In this document: positions 47,089-61,413 of the stretch, one piece after another
How positions within the stretch are numbered: the first letter of the stretch is position 1
Layout of the letters: every line of letters begins with the position of its first letter
Assembly: GCA_003427395.1 (NCBI GenBank)
Contig: BFEA01000005.1
Coordinates: forward strand, 3,515,278-3,579,277
DNA from: Chara braunii
Taxonomy: Eukaryota > Plantae > Charophyceae
Length of the DNA stretch: 64,000 nt
Reading direction: 5' to 3'
Notes under the pieces: model-generated
Database searches by the model: none
What the model was told of the DNA's origin: nothing
The model's input: the letters and a program-made list of their open reading frames with translations, nothing else
Program-made: the position numbers and the translations under genes

Positions 47089-48316
47089 TCACCCCTCGGC
47101 ATCCTCCTTCCTTTCCTCCACGGCTGTCTCAGTAATCATGACCTGCGGCGGAGGGGCTGCCTCCTCCTCATGGTCCGAGCCATATGCTTCATACGTATGA
47201 TGCGCAACTATATCAAAAATCGCTTCGAACTTACCGTTATAGGGAATGTCTTCGTCCTTACAGATGTTCTGTAGCACGATCGCATCCAAGGACTTAAGTT
47301 CGTGCAAGACTTGCTTCTCGTACTTGAGTCGTCCGATAGTACCAATAGCGGCCGGTATCTTCTTCCGTATCGACCCCGGAGTCTTCTGCGGTGACAGCAC
47401 GCTTATCTTGCCTTTGGACTGGGCTCGAGTGATTCTCCCCGTCAATTGCCCAGGCTTCATGCTCGCTCTCTTCGGTGTATGTTTGGGAGGCAATTCCATC
47501 GGTGGGCTTCGTTCGAAGACGGGTTCCGCTCCTCTCTTCCGTTTCTCGGAGAGACTCAGGTTACGTGTGCGAGGACTCAATTCATCCGTCTCACTGCTGC
47601 TTGCATTAGTTTCCGGATCAGAGTGGCTGGTACCAGCCACCTTTTGTTTACCCTTCAAGACGGCTTGGCACAGTTCTCCAATAGCGCTCCGGAGATCGCC
47701 CTTGACATCTCCACGCAGCTCTCCAACGCGCAATGCAACTTGTATGTCCAAGTTCTTATTCATCTCCTCCAACCGCTCGGCCTCCTTACGTGTTTTTTCC
47801 TCCTTCTTTTTCTTACGCTCCTTCTCCAATCGTTCGGCTTCACTCCGCTCCCTTTCCTTCTCCGCTCGTTCTGCTGCTTGCTTCTTCTCGATCTTCCTCC
47901 TCTCTTTATCGGCCTTCTTCTGTTGCTCACGTTCCACAAATTGACACACGGCGGCCACACTCTTCCCGATCTCTGCTACCTTCGAGTGTATACTGTCGCC
48001 AGAGGAGGATGCTTGTCGGAGATACCCTCGATCAAATCGTGAAGGTGAGTGTGACCGGCCTCGAAAAGAGTCCGACGACGTTGCCGGTCGAGCCTGTCTG
48101 CGGGGTTGTGGGCATTGATTGGCATAATGCCCAGGCTCCCCACAATTAAAGCATGTAGGTGGGCCCCTCCTCGGTCCACAATCGTAGGCTCCGCGCTCAC
48201 CCCCACTGTAGTCACGCCGATCACCTCCCTACCCTCCACGCTTATCACCGCGATTGATTCTATCAAAATCTCTCTGGTCCTATCCAAATTCCCTACGATC
48301 ATCATTTCCCGCCATT
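47089..48316 (-). pseudogene. PLE ORF1: CCHC zinc knuckle, coiled coil and a possible SAP/HeH-like C-terminus
   Basis: Minus-strand translation near 48110..48165 gives PTCFNCGEPGHYANQC; E/K/R coiled coil; C-terminal LKSLDAIVLQNICKDEDIPYNGKFEAIFDI. Confidence 0.75.
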
Positions 48317-49105
48317 TCGCCAGTTGCTCACAACGGAGGCTTCATAACCATGTACACAGACGTCCCCTCATTAGACGATAAAACGTAACACGTAGTACGT
48401 AATACGTAACTACAAGGTAATTGTGCTCACTTATCTCAGTATCGTGACTCCGAGACAGTTCACACGCGTCGTCGACAGTATGGTCACGGAGAAAAAATCA
48501 TGCAAAAGCAGAGTTCGTCAACACAATTTCAAAGAAGATGAGTTAACAAGACGTCAACACATATTCAAAGAAGATGAGTTAACAAGTACAATCGTATGAT
48601 ATTACAGGTACACCAACATCGTTCCACCGCTCCCAGAAACCACCGTTCGTACCGCAAACCCAACGTCCGCAGTCGTAGTCGTCAACATCCCGGAATGTCA
48701 ACGCTACCGATTAGCAGACCCCCGTAAGAGATCGAGTAGATTGCACTAACCAAACTTATACGGACTAAGGGACTCTACGTAACAACCGCTACAAACAAGT
48801 AGAACCAAAACAAGTCCCGTTTCCGGGCCCTTGCGGACCGGTACGGGTACCCATCGCGCCTCCGTCATTATCGAAAGACCAGCTAAACAGGTAGAACCAA
48901 CAAAAACTAGCTAAACAAGCAGGACCAAAAAAAGAAGACCCCATTACCGGGCCCTCGCGGACCGGTACGGGTACCCTTCGCACCTCCGTCATTATCCGAA
49001 AGCTGGCCACTTAAACCTTAACCATACAAAATCCGATTCCAATACTGTCCCAACATACACAAAAAAGACTACAAAGTAGTACACATCACAGCCCTGCCTG
49101 AGCAT

Positions 49106-49590
49106 TACATCCAAATTCGTTACCAAATTGGAAATAAAAATAGAAAACAGAAAATAGAAAAAAGTAAAAAGAGAATTGAAATTAGTGAATGCGCGAGTAC
49201 ATTTGTGACACCGCCATCTTTGGTGATTTGTTTTTGTTTTTTGGAAGAGCCAAATGCCCTAAAAATTCACAGATGTGTATTTCACATTATAAAAAACTCA
49301 TGACAAAAATGTAAAAAAATAATATATTTTTCTAGGTGGCGAAATAAAGTGAAAACAGAAAATAAAAAGTAAAAAAATGAGTGGGCGAACACGATTTGAC
49401 ACCGCCATCTTTGGCGATTTTTCTTTTTTTTTTGCCTTAGCATAATGACTCCAAAATTAACAGGCATGTACCCCACATCATAGAGAACTCATAAAACAAA
49501 AATCAAAAAAAAAAAGTTATTTTTAGGCATCGAAGAAAAAATATTAATGAACGCCATTCAATTTTGAACGCGAATTTAAATCCGCGTTCA
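49106..49590 (-). mobile_element. Remnant of a MITE related to 25679..26383, probably the target of the Penelope insertion (other half possibly ~43299..43483)
   Basis: 49380..49425 is close to the reverse complement of 25905..25950; same internal duplicated GACACCGCCATCTTTG unit. Confidence 0.6.
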
Positions 49591-49624
49591 AACACACATT
49601 CTCTCTCTCTCTCTCTCTCTCCCC

Positions 49625-52600
49625 CGTACACTTACTCTGGAACTGCACCCATATTAGCATATAATGAGAATGTGCCTTCCGCTAAGATACGGGAAAGTAT
49701 ATCAAAGTCTCATGCAGAGGGTCGTGCAAGCACCAATCTCCAAATGTGTAAAATGTGAATGAACCTTCCACTCGAATGTGGCCAGGTGCAACCCCTCGAT
49801 GACCACTCACATCGAAAGGGGTGGTATTGGGACGACATAATTAGTAACAAGTGAGGAAAAGCAGCGAACAGGATGAACAGAAAGTGCGACAATGATCACG
49901 AGGAGTAAATTCCGCGAAGACGGCTAGCACGACGGGCATGGCCAGCATGAACACCCTCACGACGACCTCCCCGCGAAGATTGGCCGACACCACAACGAAC
50001 TTTCCTCATGAAGTCCTCCTAAAGCGAGTATACACGTTTCATCTCCTCTACTAACCTCCTTTCCCCCTCTCCCTTGTCAAACCGGGCTCTACGCCCGCGG
50101 TCGTACTTACCAAACGTAAAAAAGTGAGAACGAATTTACCGCTCGAACATAGCCAAATGCATCTCCTATTTCCCTACAGCTCCTATCGCCTTCTGTAAGG
50201 TACGTACTCTGCCCCCTCACACTCTTGTTTTCCTACATGCTCCCTCATCTCCCTCTTTGATCATCACCTTCATCTTCTTCTCCTCACCTTCGACTCTTTC
50301 ACTTCCTTCTCAATCCCTTTCTGTCAAGCCAGTTCCTAAGTCGACCGCAGCTTAATACGCTGACACTAAGCAATCCGATGCTCAAGTGCCAAATCCGGCC
50401 CACGCATTCGACTCGCAGCATGTCAAAACCCAAAAATTGAGTCTTCATCCACTCGATTATGTCAAGAAACAGACGAGGTATGAGTTAACTCCCTTGCCAT
50501 ATCTCTATTCCTAACATCTCGGCGCACACCTTTTTTCCTCCAACTCCTATCTTACTAATTTTCTACTAAAACTAACATCAAATTTGGGCTCGCCATAGCC
50601 CAAAACCTCGGATTTGAGTCTTCACTCGCCCGTTTCCTTCTTCCTCTGACCATCATCTTCGTCTCCACTTTTAAATGCACCTAGGGTGGGTCTGCGCCTA
50701 GGTTGATTCGAACTTCCTGACCCCTTCATGCTCCTCCCGCTTGTTTGATCGTCCTCCGCTTCGCTGCTTGGTCTCCAGTTCATTCCTACCTTACCTTACC
50801 TACTCCAAGCCTTAGCACACTCTCTGAAGTAGGAGAACCGGGGTGAAGATCAACACCGTCATGATAATAGGCGCAATGCTACTACCACAATTAGCAACAC
50901 CGTGGTCACAACGAGAGCCCATCTGCCAGTGATTCACCTGCGGCCCCGATCTCAGAAGCCTCCTCGAACTTGACGACAAGGTCATGCACCGCCATGATAA
51001 TCTTTAGTCCGCCTTCTTCCTCATCATCGTCTTCCCTCCGTCCTTTTAATCCAACCGTTGACGACACTTGTCACCTGGTTGGCACCGAACCGCGCGCTCA
51101 CCCAGACACCACGAAGGGTGTTGACTGATATAGGCGGCAACCCGGTGGTCATGGAAATCGAAACCTGCTAAGGAGTGTGTTAACAACTCACCTGGCGAGT
51201 CGGTCAATCCCCGAAATGCAGATGGCACTGGGGCGTGCGGCCTCGGTCGTCGTGGTGATTTTTTATGTAACAACAAGTACCCAGACGCAACTCTTGCTGC
51301 AAACCCTTCAGCGTGCGCCCAGGTGAAGGCGGTCTCAATGCAAATCTTGGTGGTACCAGCGATTTTTCAAATGGGAACTTTGAAGACCCAAGTGAAAAAG
51401 GGTTCCCTATGATCGGTTGCTGCCTCCGCCTTGGTGCCCCCTGGTCCTCGCCCAAGCATAGTCCACCATCTCACGGGTCTCAGTGGGCATGCTCACACTC
51501 AAACCTCTCACAGCAGATCGTGGTTGGCGGACGGTGCACCCGCAGAGGGCCCATGCCACCAAGGTTTCATCCGCCATGTGGGTTAATCACCCACCGGTTT
51601 GTGCGCACGCTGAAATCCTCAATCCATGTTTCAAGACGAGCAAGATAGAGGAGTTTCGCCAACATCCCGAATACACAGGGACCTGAGCGGGGCCATCAAT
51701 AAAAGTGCGTGCTCACTGTCCTCGACTGCCATGGCGACCACTTCGCGGAGATTGCAACCGCCAGCCCCTTCACCCCACGCTGGCTGGCACCCCGCAAACA
51801 GCCTTAGTACCGATGATGGTGCCGCGTCCTAAAAATGAGACTGGCAAGAAAAATAAAAATACAAGGAAGAAAAAAATAAAAATACAAGCATCGGGAACTG
51901 GTGCTTTGGGGAAGGGAGACTATAGACGCCCCCTCTTAGCTCCATCGACGGGGGCCCACAGATGGGCCCACAACAAAAACCAAAGGGAATAACCCGTTGG
52001 GCCCTCAACCCCTTGACATCTTCAACCACTCCAATGCTCCATCCTCGCTGGTCGCCGCCCTCGATCCTCGTACCTCCTCCTTGAAAGTCCAATGCCGGAG
52101 GCCCATAGCTGAGTCTAGCACTAACGGAAACCCAAGAAAGGGGCACTGCTACGCATGTAGGTCCGCTAGACACTCCAATATCTCTTTTTGCACCTACCGA
52201 CTAACCCCACGACCGTCAAGCCCTGCGCCTACCGCGCGACGGCCCCGCCTGTCTTACGCTCCCATTACTGTCCAAGGGCAACATTGTCGTCGACGTCGTT
52301 CTCCCGCATAAGCACACGCACGTCTTGGTCAGAACAACAAAAAGAAAAACGCTTAGTCTTATTTTAATCAAAGTTAGAAGTTTGGTCGGTGAAACACAGA
52401 CTCTATAACATCAATAAGAACAACGTCATGCGCGCCTTAAAACTGCGCGCCCACACACTCTCTACTTCTAGTCAACCATTTAGTCAACGTGAACAAAACA
52501 CAATCGAGACTCGCATGGTGTATTCAAATTTTGAACAAAACTTATTTTATGTCACTTGCAAAAACCAGGGCGGATACCCTTGTAAGGGTACTTGCCGACA
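49625..52600 (-). repeat. Truncated LTR E, a diverged relative of the 5' part of LTR C
   Basis: 52425..52600 matches 35470..35646, including the terminus …GGATACCCTTGTAAGGGTA…CCGACA; patchy similarity further inside. Confidence 0.75.
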
Positions 52601-53792
52601 AAGTCATACATGCAATTGGTTTGCATTCATGGGAGTTAATGTGATACTCATCCATTGCATCGCCGTATTCCAGAATGTTCATAATAATACCTTCATATTG
52701 AATGAAATTCAGCCAATGGAAGGTAGGTTTAAAGCCAAGAAACAAAAAAGAAATACTTGATGGTAGGAGAGGTAGGATACCGAGGACAAAAGGGTTCACG
52801 GATACAGATGACATGGGGATAGGAGACAAAGGAAATGATGGGTTTAGGTAGACAAGGTGGGAAGGTGTGAGCAAGTAACAGGCGGCCCGAAGGGATGCTA
52901 GGACAATCCTCGCACCCATGCCTTGGCCCCGTAGGGATGCACCTGGGTGCTGCTCGTAAGCTTCTCGACTTGCAGGACAATCCCTAACGACAGGCCAAAG
53001 GGTGCGTGGTGCTGGAGCAACCCCCCCTTGGCTAGGCGGCTCGAGCGACAAGGATAGGCTGACTATCTTTTTTGTCTAATCTCCCCTGCTGCTTGTTTCA
53101 AAAAAAAATGCCTGCCAGTGATGATGCCCCCCAAAATAGAAGGTGCAGGGAGTTTAAAAAAAAAAAAAAAAGCCAATGACAGCTGTATGCGATTCAGGCA
53201 AATGCATGAAAGACTGACGGAGAGGATACTCACATTAGGCCCTTATAGTCACACAACCGAAAAATCAACACCCAGATCAAGTCCTCCTTTTGTTAGGATT
53301 CAATTTGGTTGTTGATTTCGTGCTTCTGCGACTATAAGGACCTTGTGTGAGTATGCCCTGAGAGACGCAATTGTCAGACGGATTGTCGGATGGATTGTGA
53401 AATGGATACATGCCTTTGCCAAAATAATGGTAGATTGCGCATGGATGCATGTATCGACGTATCGAAACTGCCAAAGAGGAGAACACGTTAATCCATAGGC
53501 TAATAAGCAAATGAATGAGAAAACAATAGCAGGGATAATGATACAATGCATCAATCACTAGATGAATAGATGGACGACTGGGAGAATGTAGGCATGGCTG
53601 AAGAATTTTGTTCAAACCACAAGTACCTCACCCATCTAAAAAAATACGATGCGGCCATTAACGCACCGGGTCAGGCGGGGTAACTAGCGATGAACAACCC
53701 GTATTCCCAAAAAAAACGGGGGGGGAAGAAAAAAACGTCAAAGAAAATGGGGAGTAACGAACGGAAAGAAAAACAGGCATGACATGGGGGAG

Positions 53793-53793
<1 letters not shown>

Positions 53794-53863
<70 letters not shown>

Positions 53864-54590
53864 NNNNNNNNNNNNNNNNNNNNNNNNNNNNNNNNNNNNN
53901 NNNNNNNNNNNNNNNNNNNNNNNNNNNNNNNNNNNNNNNNNNNNNNNNNNNNNNNNNNNNNNNNNNNNNNNNNNNNNNNNNNNNNNNNNNNNNNNNNNNN
54001 NNNNNNNNNNNNNNNNNNNNNNNNNNNNNNNNNNNNNNNNNNNNNNNNNNNNNNNNNNNNNNNNNNNNNNNNNNNNNNNNNNNNNNNNNNNNNNNNNNNN
54101 NNNNNNNNNNNNNNNNNNNNNNNNNNNNNNNNNNNNNNNNNNNNNNNNNNNNNNNNNNNNNNNNNNNNNNNNNNNNNNNNNNNNNNNNNNNNNNNNNNNN
54201 NNNNNNNNNNNNNNNNNNNNNNNNNNNNNNNNNNNNNNNNNNNNNNNNNNNNNNNNNNNNNNNNNNNNNNNNNNNNNNNNNNNNNNNNNNNNNNNNNNNN
54301 NNNNNNNNNNNNNNNNNNNNNNNNNNNNNNNNNNNNNNNNNNNNNNNNNNNNNNNNNNNNNNNNNNNNNNNNNNNNNNNNNNNNNNNNNNNNNNNNNNNN
54401 NNNNNNNNNNNNNNNNNNNNNNNNNNNNNNNNNNNNNNNNNNNNNNNNNNNNNNNNNNNNNNNNNNNNNNNNNNNNNNNNNNNNNNNNNNNNNNNNNNNN
54501 NNNNNNNNNNNNNNNNNNNNNNNNNNNNNNNNNNNNNNNNNNNNNNNNNNNNNNNNNNNNNNNNNNNNNNNNNNNNNTCTATCTCTCTAT

Positions 54591-54662
<72 letters not shown>
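53794..54662. repeat. (GA)n and (TC)n microsatellites flanking a scaffold gap (N 53864..54576)
   Basis: Seen directly. Confidence 0.95.
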
Positions 54663-54668
<6 letters not shown>

Positions 54669-57289
54669 GAACGTCTCAGTGAGAATGAATTTTCCTCCCC
54701 CTCCCTCCCGCCCCCCCCGCCCTACCCATCAGCATCACAAACCCAACCCCTTTGCTTGATCAATTATCTGATACTTCACCGCCATTTTCTGATCGTCGAA
54801 CGCCATCGTCTGCAGCATTCCGTCCTTCTTGGGCTTCTGTTACAACTGCCTGTGCTTCAGTGATGACGGATGGCCTGTCATCATCAACATACAAGATTTT
54901 ATGAACAACCATTACAACCGGTATATTTTCAAACTCTGACTTCGCGCCGGTAGCGCTGACCGCCACAGGGCGCAACTATAGGGCACTAGCACGCCCCGCT
55001 GGACGGCATCGGGCCTATTGCTCATACGTCGGCAGGGAACGTGGTACCACACCATTGCCGAGGCGTGACGCGTGCGCAAGAAGACGTGTCATCGGTAGAC
55101 ACCATCACCAAGGAGAGGTGCACACACGCGGCGCCAAGTCGCGGCGCTGAACGCAAGACGGTGGGCTCCGGAAAAGACAGATTGCACATGGGTGGGCTCG
55201 GAAGAGGAGCGCATATCACACACGTACGCAAGAGATTCGCGTGCGGACTTGGGCGTAAAGGCAAGCTACGAGGACGACAACACCAAGGATACATCAAAAG
55301 ACTTCAGAGAGAGAACGACAACGACGCGATCACAGTTACTGTACTTGGAGAGACGATAAAGACGGGAGACTATCAGGGGCAAGGGCGGCCACCGAGAAAT
55401 CAAGAAAAAAGAGGATAGTCGGGGAAGGCACTCAGGCGAGGGACGGGGAGAGAAGGTAAACGAATGGAAAAGAGAGGCGAGAAGAAGGTGAGGAGATAAG
55501 AACGGTGGAAAGCAGGTGTGGCGTTGGGTGGGTGCGAGAGCAGGTGTGGTGTGGAGTAGAGGACAGGGGGGGTGTCAGAACAACATCGAAAAATCAGGTA
55601 AGAGGAGGGGGAAGGGTGAGGAGGAAGATATTCGGGGAAAGGTAACGAAAAGAGGAGGCGAGGGATGGGAGGAGATAGTACACCGGAAGGATAGAGGTGA
55701 GGAGAAGGCAAGGTGGCAGGAGAGGTGGAAGAGCAGGATGGCACGGGGTAAAGGAGAGGGGGAGGGTACGACAACCCGGGACGACACACTTCGGAACAGG
55801 TTGCGGGAACGTGTTGAGACAATGTCGAAATTCAGGGAAGAGGACGGGTATCAGGGAAGGTAGTGGGTGGAAAGGACAAAAAAAAATTCAAGTCGAGAGC
55901 AGGGTGAAAGGGATCGTGGAAAGGGGATTAACAAAGGAAGCGCGATCGACAGTGAGATACAAAGGCAAACATAGGGGCAGAGAACGGAGATCGCACCACT
56001 ACGCAGGAGAGAGAAATAGACAGAGAGAGAGGGGGATAAACTTTTGCCTAAAGTAACAATTTAAAGAACAAATAGTGGGATTACTGATAAACCTGGGCGT
56101 TTAAAGGGGGAAGTAGAGCAAATAAAATCCAAAAATCCCAAACATATAAACCAAAAACAAAAAACAAAAAACCAAAAACAACACACCCAGAAAGAACGAA
56201 AACAACAAAAGTAGCAAAACGTGGGCAGAGCGACCGCCATATCATCATAGGTTGCAGCGTGCACATATACGATTGGATTCGATGTTGTTTTACATCGGAG
56301 CTATGAGACAACTACCTGACGAACAGCTCCGACACAAACGCTGATCACATTAGAACATCGCCCCGAAGGCATCCATCCCCCAACCACCCCCCATAAGGGG
56401 AGAAAGGTATGCATAAGGAAATACAACAGATAGAGGACACAGGGGTACTGACGGAGGAGGAGAAGGAGATGAAGTCTCGGGGAAAAACACTCCACAAGGG
56501 GAAGGGCCCCTCCCCCATTCAGGGATTGAGTAATGGTCAATCGCAACTTGCCTGGGCTGACAAACTTCGAAACCCACACCAGGGTCAAACTCTGACTATT
56601 CAACGAGGCCAGGGCAGCCCGCAGACGGGAAATCTTGACATTCCTCTGGATGGGTTACCACCAGCAAAGGCCTTTTTCATGACGAAATTTATGCTCCCAT
56701 CCGAAACACGAGTGGTAACACGTGGAGGAAAGCAAGTCATGGTGAAGACATACCCCAAAAATGACATAGCCTGCCGAGATGAGATCTACACAAAACACAC
56801 CAATAGTTGGCTGTTTCATGACGACGCTACCTTCAAATCGGTCACGACCAGTTCCTGATCCAACCAGTCTCCAACACCTTGTTCACGGTCTTATGCCTGC
56901 ACGATTCAGATAAAATTATGATTGATGGGTGAAAGCGCCTTCACTGCGAGCGGTCGGAGGTCCGGATACCCGTGGGTGCCACAGTGTAGAATGGGGCCAG
57001 AAGAGAGGAGGACACAACTGATGCAAGATTTCTACTGGATGGAGTTCCACCATATCCCAGTCGAAATCCAAGATGCATTTGTATATGATTTTGGATTGAT
57101 GTACGACATTGTCGCATTTATAAAACCCCTCCCCTCCTTCGTGGCCCAAAGGGATGACTACTTAATGCTCGTTCTGGATTTTCCCCAGGGCCAACCATTC
57201 TCCCTCGATGACGTGGATTCCATATCAGGTAGGGGGGAAGGAGTACATGATCCACACAGCGCACAAACTGACGTCGTGGTGCCACTTGA

Positions 57290-57925
57290 GTACGGAGTTC
57301 GTCTGTCCACTTCATCCACAAAAAAGGACTCGGGCAACGGGAAGACTGTTGAGGGACCCGGTCAAGGCAACCCATTGGTGAGCAATGGACCTGAGACATG
57401 AACGATGGGTCTACATTAAGGACCGTACGAAGGACGACACCTCAATTGGGTGGAAATGGGAAAGAATTGAGGAACCAAACTTGGGGACGCGCCCCCTGAA
57501 CATGGAGGACGTCTGTCCACTTCATCCACAAAAAGGACTCGGGCAACGGGGAGACTGTTGAGGGACCCGGTCAAGGCAACCCATTGGCGGGCAGTGGACC
57601 CGGAACATGAACGATGGGTCTACACCGAGGACCGTATGAAGGATGACAGCTCAATTGGGTGGAAATAGGAAAGAATTTGGGAACCAGACTTGGGGACACG
57701 CCCCCCGAACACGGAGTACGTCTGTCCACTTCATCCACAAAAAAGGATTCAGGCAACGGGGAGAATGTTGAGGGACCCGGTCAAGGCAACCCATTGGCGA
57801 GCAGTGGACCCGGGACATGAACGATGGGTCTACATTGAGGACCGTACGAAGGACGACAGCTCAATTGAGTGGAAATGGGAATGAATTGGGAAACCAGACT
57901 TGGGGATGCGCCCCCCGAACACATG
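57290..57925. repeat. Three ~210-bp tandem repeats within the LINE ORF1 region
   Basis: GTCTGTCCACTTCATCCACAAAAAAGGA at 57301, 57511 and ~57720. Confidence 0.93.
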
Positions 57926-59568
57926 GACCCCCCCAACTCCGGTGGAGGAGACGGTACGAGAAACACCAGTGAGCCTCCTGTAGGGGAGCACGAAAAACCC
58001 AGGCTGGAAGACGGTGGGGAAAAAAGGAGGGAAAGAAATCTGGGTTAAAAAATAACAGGCGGAACCCGGGCCGTCGAGGGACGATAACAACTGCCCCCAC
58101 GGTGTCCCAGGCCCCACTGCTAGGCGGTAAATTCGGGAAGAGGAAGATGCAGATGACACCGGGGTCAAAAGGAAGCAACTCACCCACTCGGAGCAAATGC
58201 AACAGAACGGGACTGAGGTTACAAGGGGAAAGAGCATAAAGGAATGAGAGTTATCAATGTAAGAGGAGGCCACATACAGCCCCTCCAAACAGTTGGGACA
58301 AGAGGGAGCAAAGGGACAGTCGGAGGGACAAATGGAGGTGAGGGGTATGGAGGTGGAGTCCGGGCCGCTGGGAGTGGAGAATTCAGAGCAGCCTAAGGGG
58401 AGAGCAGAGGGAAACCTCTAGGTGGGCCATACGATAGACACCGACCCCTTTCAGGCGGCTTTTAATTCGGAACCTATGGACATTGACCCTCTTCTGGTCA
58501 ACGTCAGCATGTCACCAGAGGGCCTGGTCCCGGAAAGAGACCCGGAAGGTAAGGAGGAAGGGGCGCCGCCGCTGCACCTGCCCACGGAACAAAAACTGGT
58601 CGTTATTGCAAACTGGTTAACGCGGAATTTGAAAGCAAAACACGGCCCCCTCACTGACGACTTCTGGGATAAGACATGGAATTATTCCCCATGCTCGACA
58701 CGAGCGCCTCGCTAAAAAACGTACTAGAAAATTGATTGCAATCCGGGGTGAGGTGGAAGGAAGCATGACACTGATTGACGACAATTGTGTTGGCACATTT
58801 TCAACCACCACACGCTGCAGCAACAAAAGAAGCAAAGCAGGACAGAGCCCAAGCTGCGACAGAGAATGGAAAGGACCAAGGATCACATGAACCCCTGGTG
58901 CTGCAGCAACCAGCCCCCCCGCCGGGCCCGGACCCTCCGGACCTCATGAGAACGCGCCACTAGACCTAGTGCGAAAAATAAAGCTTAGACAACTGGTTGA
59001 GATGGGCCGCGATTTAGGCCCCCTGTCGTCGGAAGCCATGCTGCTCATCGCAGTTCGGAAGAAAAATGAAAAATGGGAGGTGGGCTTGTCTCCGGAGGGG
59101 AATGGCCAACAGGGGAGGGTCGCGTTACAAGGTTGATCGTCGTTTTGGGCAAACACACCAACTAGCCAGTCTGAGGCTGCGGCAAAAATTCTGCAAATAC
59201 AACTGGAATCCCACATTGTAGAATCTCTACCGCCAGGGGCACAGGCCATGGCTTCGATCACAACCGGCCCCAGAAAAATCGCGTAGAGGGATGTCTACAT
59301 ATCTTTCGACCCAACCAAGGAGGCAGGTTTGAGATGGCACACCCACACCCAACTGCTGAACCTGCAAATGGTTAAGATCAGGCACAACGACACCTGGACT
59401 GAACAGGATGTCCAAAGATGCTTATGTGCTCTTCTCAGACTGGGCCAAGACTAGGACTGGGATCAGTTGACATGGAGCCGCCTCAGATTTGCATCCTGAA
59501 ACACTCTGATGATTATAAAATGAGGGTAATATGAACAACTCGAGTACGACCCGGTCAAAGCAGTATAC

Positions 59569-61413
59569 GTGAAGGACCGTTTCTGGAACCAATGCAGGAA
59601 GGCAACGAACCTAGACTTACGCTCCTTGAATGTGAACGGTCTGGCCTCGTGCAAACCGGAGAAACAAAACGCAATCTGGGATTTAATGAGAGGAGTGGGG
59701 GATAGGCATTGGCCGGATATAGTGTGCGTCCAGGAAACACACCTGATGGACACCCCCGAGCACAACTTCATCCACAAAATGATCTGGCCGTATAAGGTCT
59801 TCAGGGCCCATGCCCCAAAACCTGGAAGCGCAGGGGTGGCCATCTAGATTCCCCTTGAGTCACAGGCAGACCCGGTACACTGGGTGGTGGACCAGGATAG
59901 AGGTCGATGGGTGTCGATCCTCGTTATGCAGGAACTTGAAATTGTATATATACTGTGCATCTATGCCCCCAACACCGTAAGCGAGAGAACAACTTTCTTT
60001 GAGAGCATTAAAACGCAAACCCTGAATGTGGTTTCGGTCATTATAGCATGAGACTGCAATGGAGCCTCATACCGATGGATGGACAGATGGCGGACGCCCT
60101 CCAAAGCCCCGGTGCATGTGGAGGAGGATGAACGGATAATCAACGATCTATGTCTTTCACTAAATGTCTTCGATTCCTTTCGGAGGCTAAGCCCAGATAC
60201 AAGTTTCTACTCATGTTTAAGGAAAACTGAAACTGAGAGTCAGTCGAGATCCCGGATCGACTTAATCTTGATCTCAAAAGACATGGGGGGATCTCTGCTT
60301 CTGGCAGCGTTTCTGCCCACTAGCCCCTACCCGGGCCTTGATCACAAAATGTGCACGATCATTTTGTCCTTTCGTAAGAAACCGATCGTGGACCTAGTTT
60401 TTACAAACTTAAGACCCCTACCTTGTAGCAGAAAACCTTTTAGAGTTACATTACGGACTGCTAGACGTGCTGGCATATGCAAAAGCAATACTTTCAACAT
60501 AAAATAGACTAGTTTAACAACGGATTGTTCTACCTAGGTAAAAAATGTCAAGAATATTTCAAACTTTTGGCAGTAAGGAAGTATCAACAGGAGATGGAAA
60601 TACACCAACAAGTGCAGAAACTTAAACACCAGGATCAGTGTGACAGTGTCCAACATCTACAACCAACAGAACATTATGAGATACAAACGCTACGACGACT
60701 TCATACCTTCGCCACACAACGTTGGGGACGTACACGGATAAGAGGACGACTGACAAGGCATCAAACAGAAGGAACAATGGACAAAAAAATATTTAGCATG
60801 GCCCGTGTACGTTCACACAGAACAACCATCGAGCCGCTATACGATCCGCAAACCAGACACCAAGATATCATCGCCGCCTCCTCTCATGCACGCAGATAGC
60901 AAGATCTTTCTTCCAGAACCTGTTCACATCAACGTGCCCGACAAGAAAGGAACCAGGGAGAAAGAAATTTGGGACTTCTTAAAACCAATCGGACAAGACC
61001 CGGACATGACAGTAGAGAACAAATCTGGATCGCCCCCTCTCTAAGGAGGAAATCAGGCCGGTGATGATGTAAATGGAGGAGGAGAAGACACCGAACATTG
61101 ATGGGCTTTTAAAGGAATTATGAGATATTTTCTCGACTCAGATGGCCCCAAACCTCATGGAGTTTTATCGGCAGGTGTGGGAAACAGGGCGGATGGGGGA
61201 GTTGGTGGGGCAGGGCGTTCTCACATTTTTGCACAAAAAAGGAGACAAGATTGATGTTCGGAACTATCGGTGAATAACCTTGCTTACAGTCGTGTATAAA
61301 AATTAATAAAATGTTAGCGAAAGCCTGAAAAACAGACCAATCCCGGTTTTGGACGATATTATCCATCTGACACAAACCGGGTTTATAAAAGAGAACAGGA
61401 TTCAGGATAACGT
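59569..61413 (+). pseudogene. LINE ORF2: AP endonuclease and start of RT
   Basis: SLNVNGL, VCVQETH, AGVAI, IYAPN, SRIDLILIS, DHK; then LHKKGDK…NYR*ITLL…YKI and QTGFIKENRIQDNV. Confidence 0.92.

Larger units (their letters stand above)
43484..49105 (-). mobile_element. Penelope-like retroelement with N-terminal GIY-YIG (Naiad/Chlamys-type architecture), two ORFs and direct pseudo-LTRs
   Basis: Direct repeats at 43484..44111 and 48478..49105 lacking TG..CA termini, PBS and PPT; GIY-YIG upstream of a PLE-type RT. Confidence 0.9.
56300..61413 (+). mobile_element. Decayed LINE (APE-type, L1/Tx1-like), interrupted in RT by LTR D
   Basis: ORF1-like fragments at 56409..59500 followed by endonuclease and RT motifs; 5' limit approximate. 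Confidence 0.85.
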
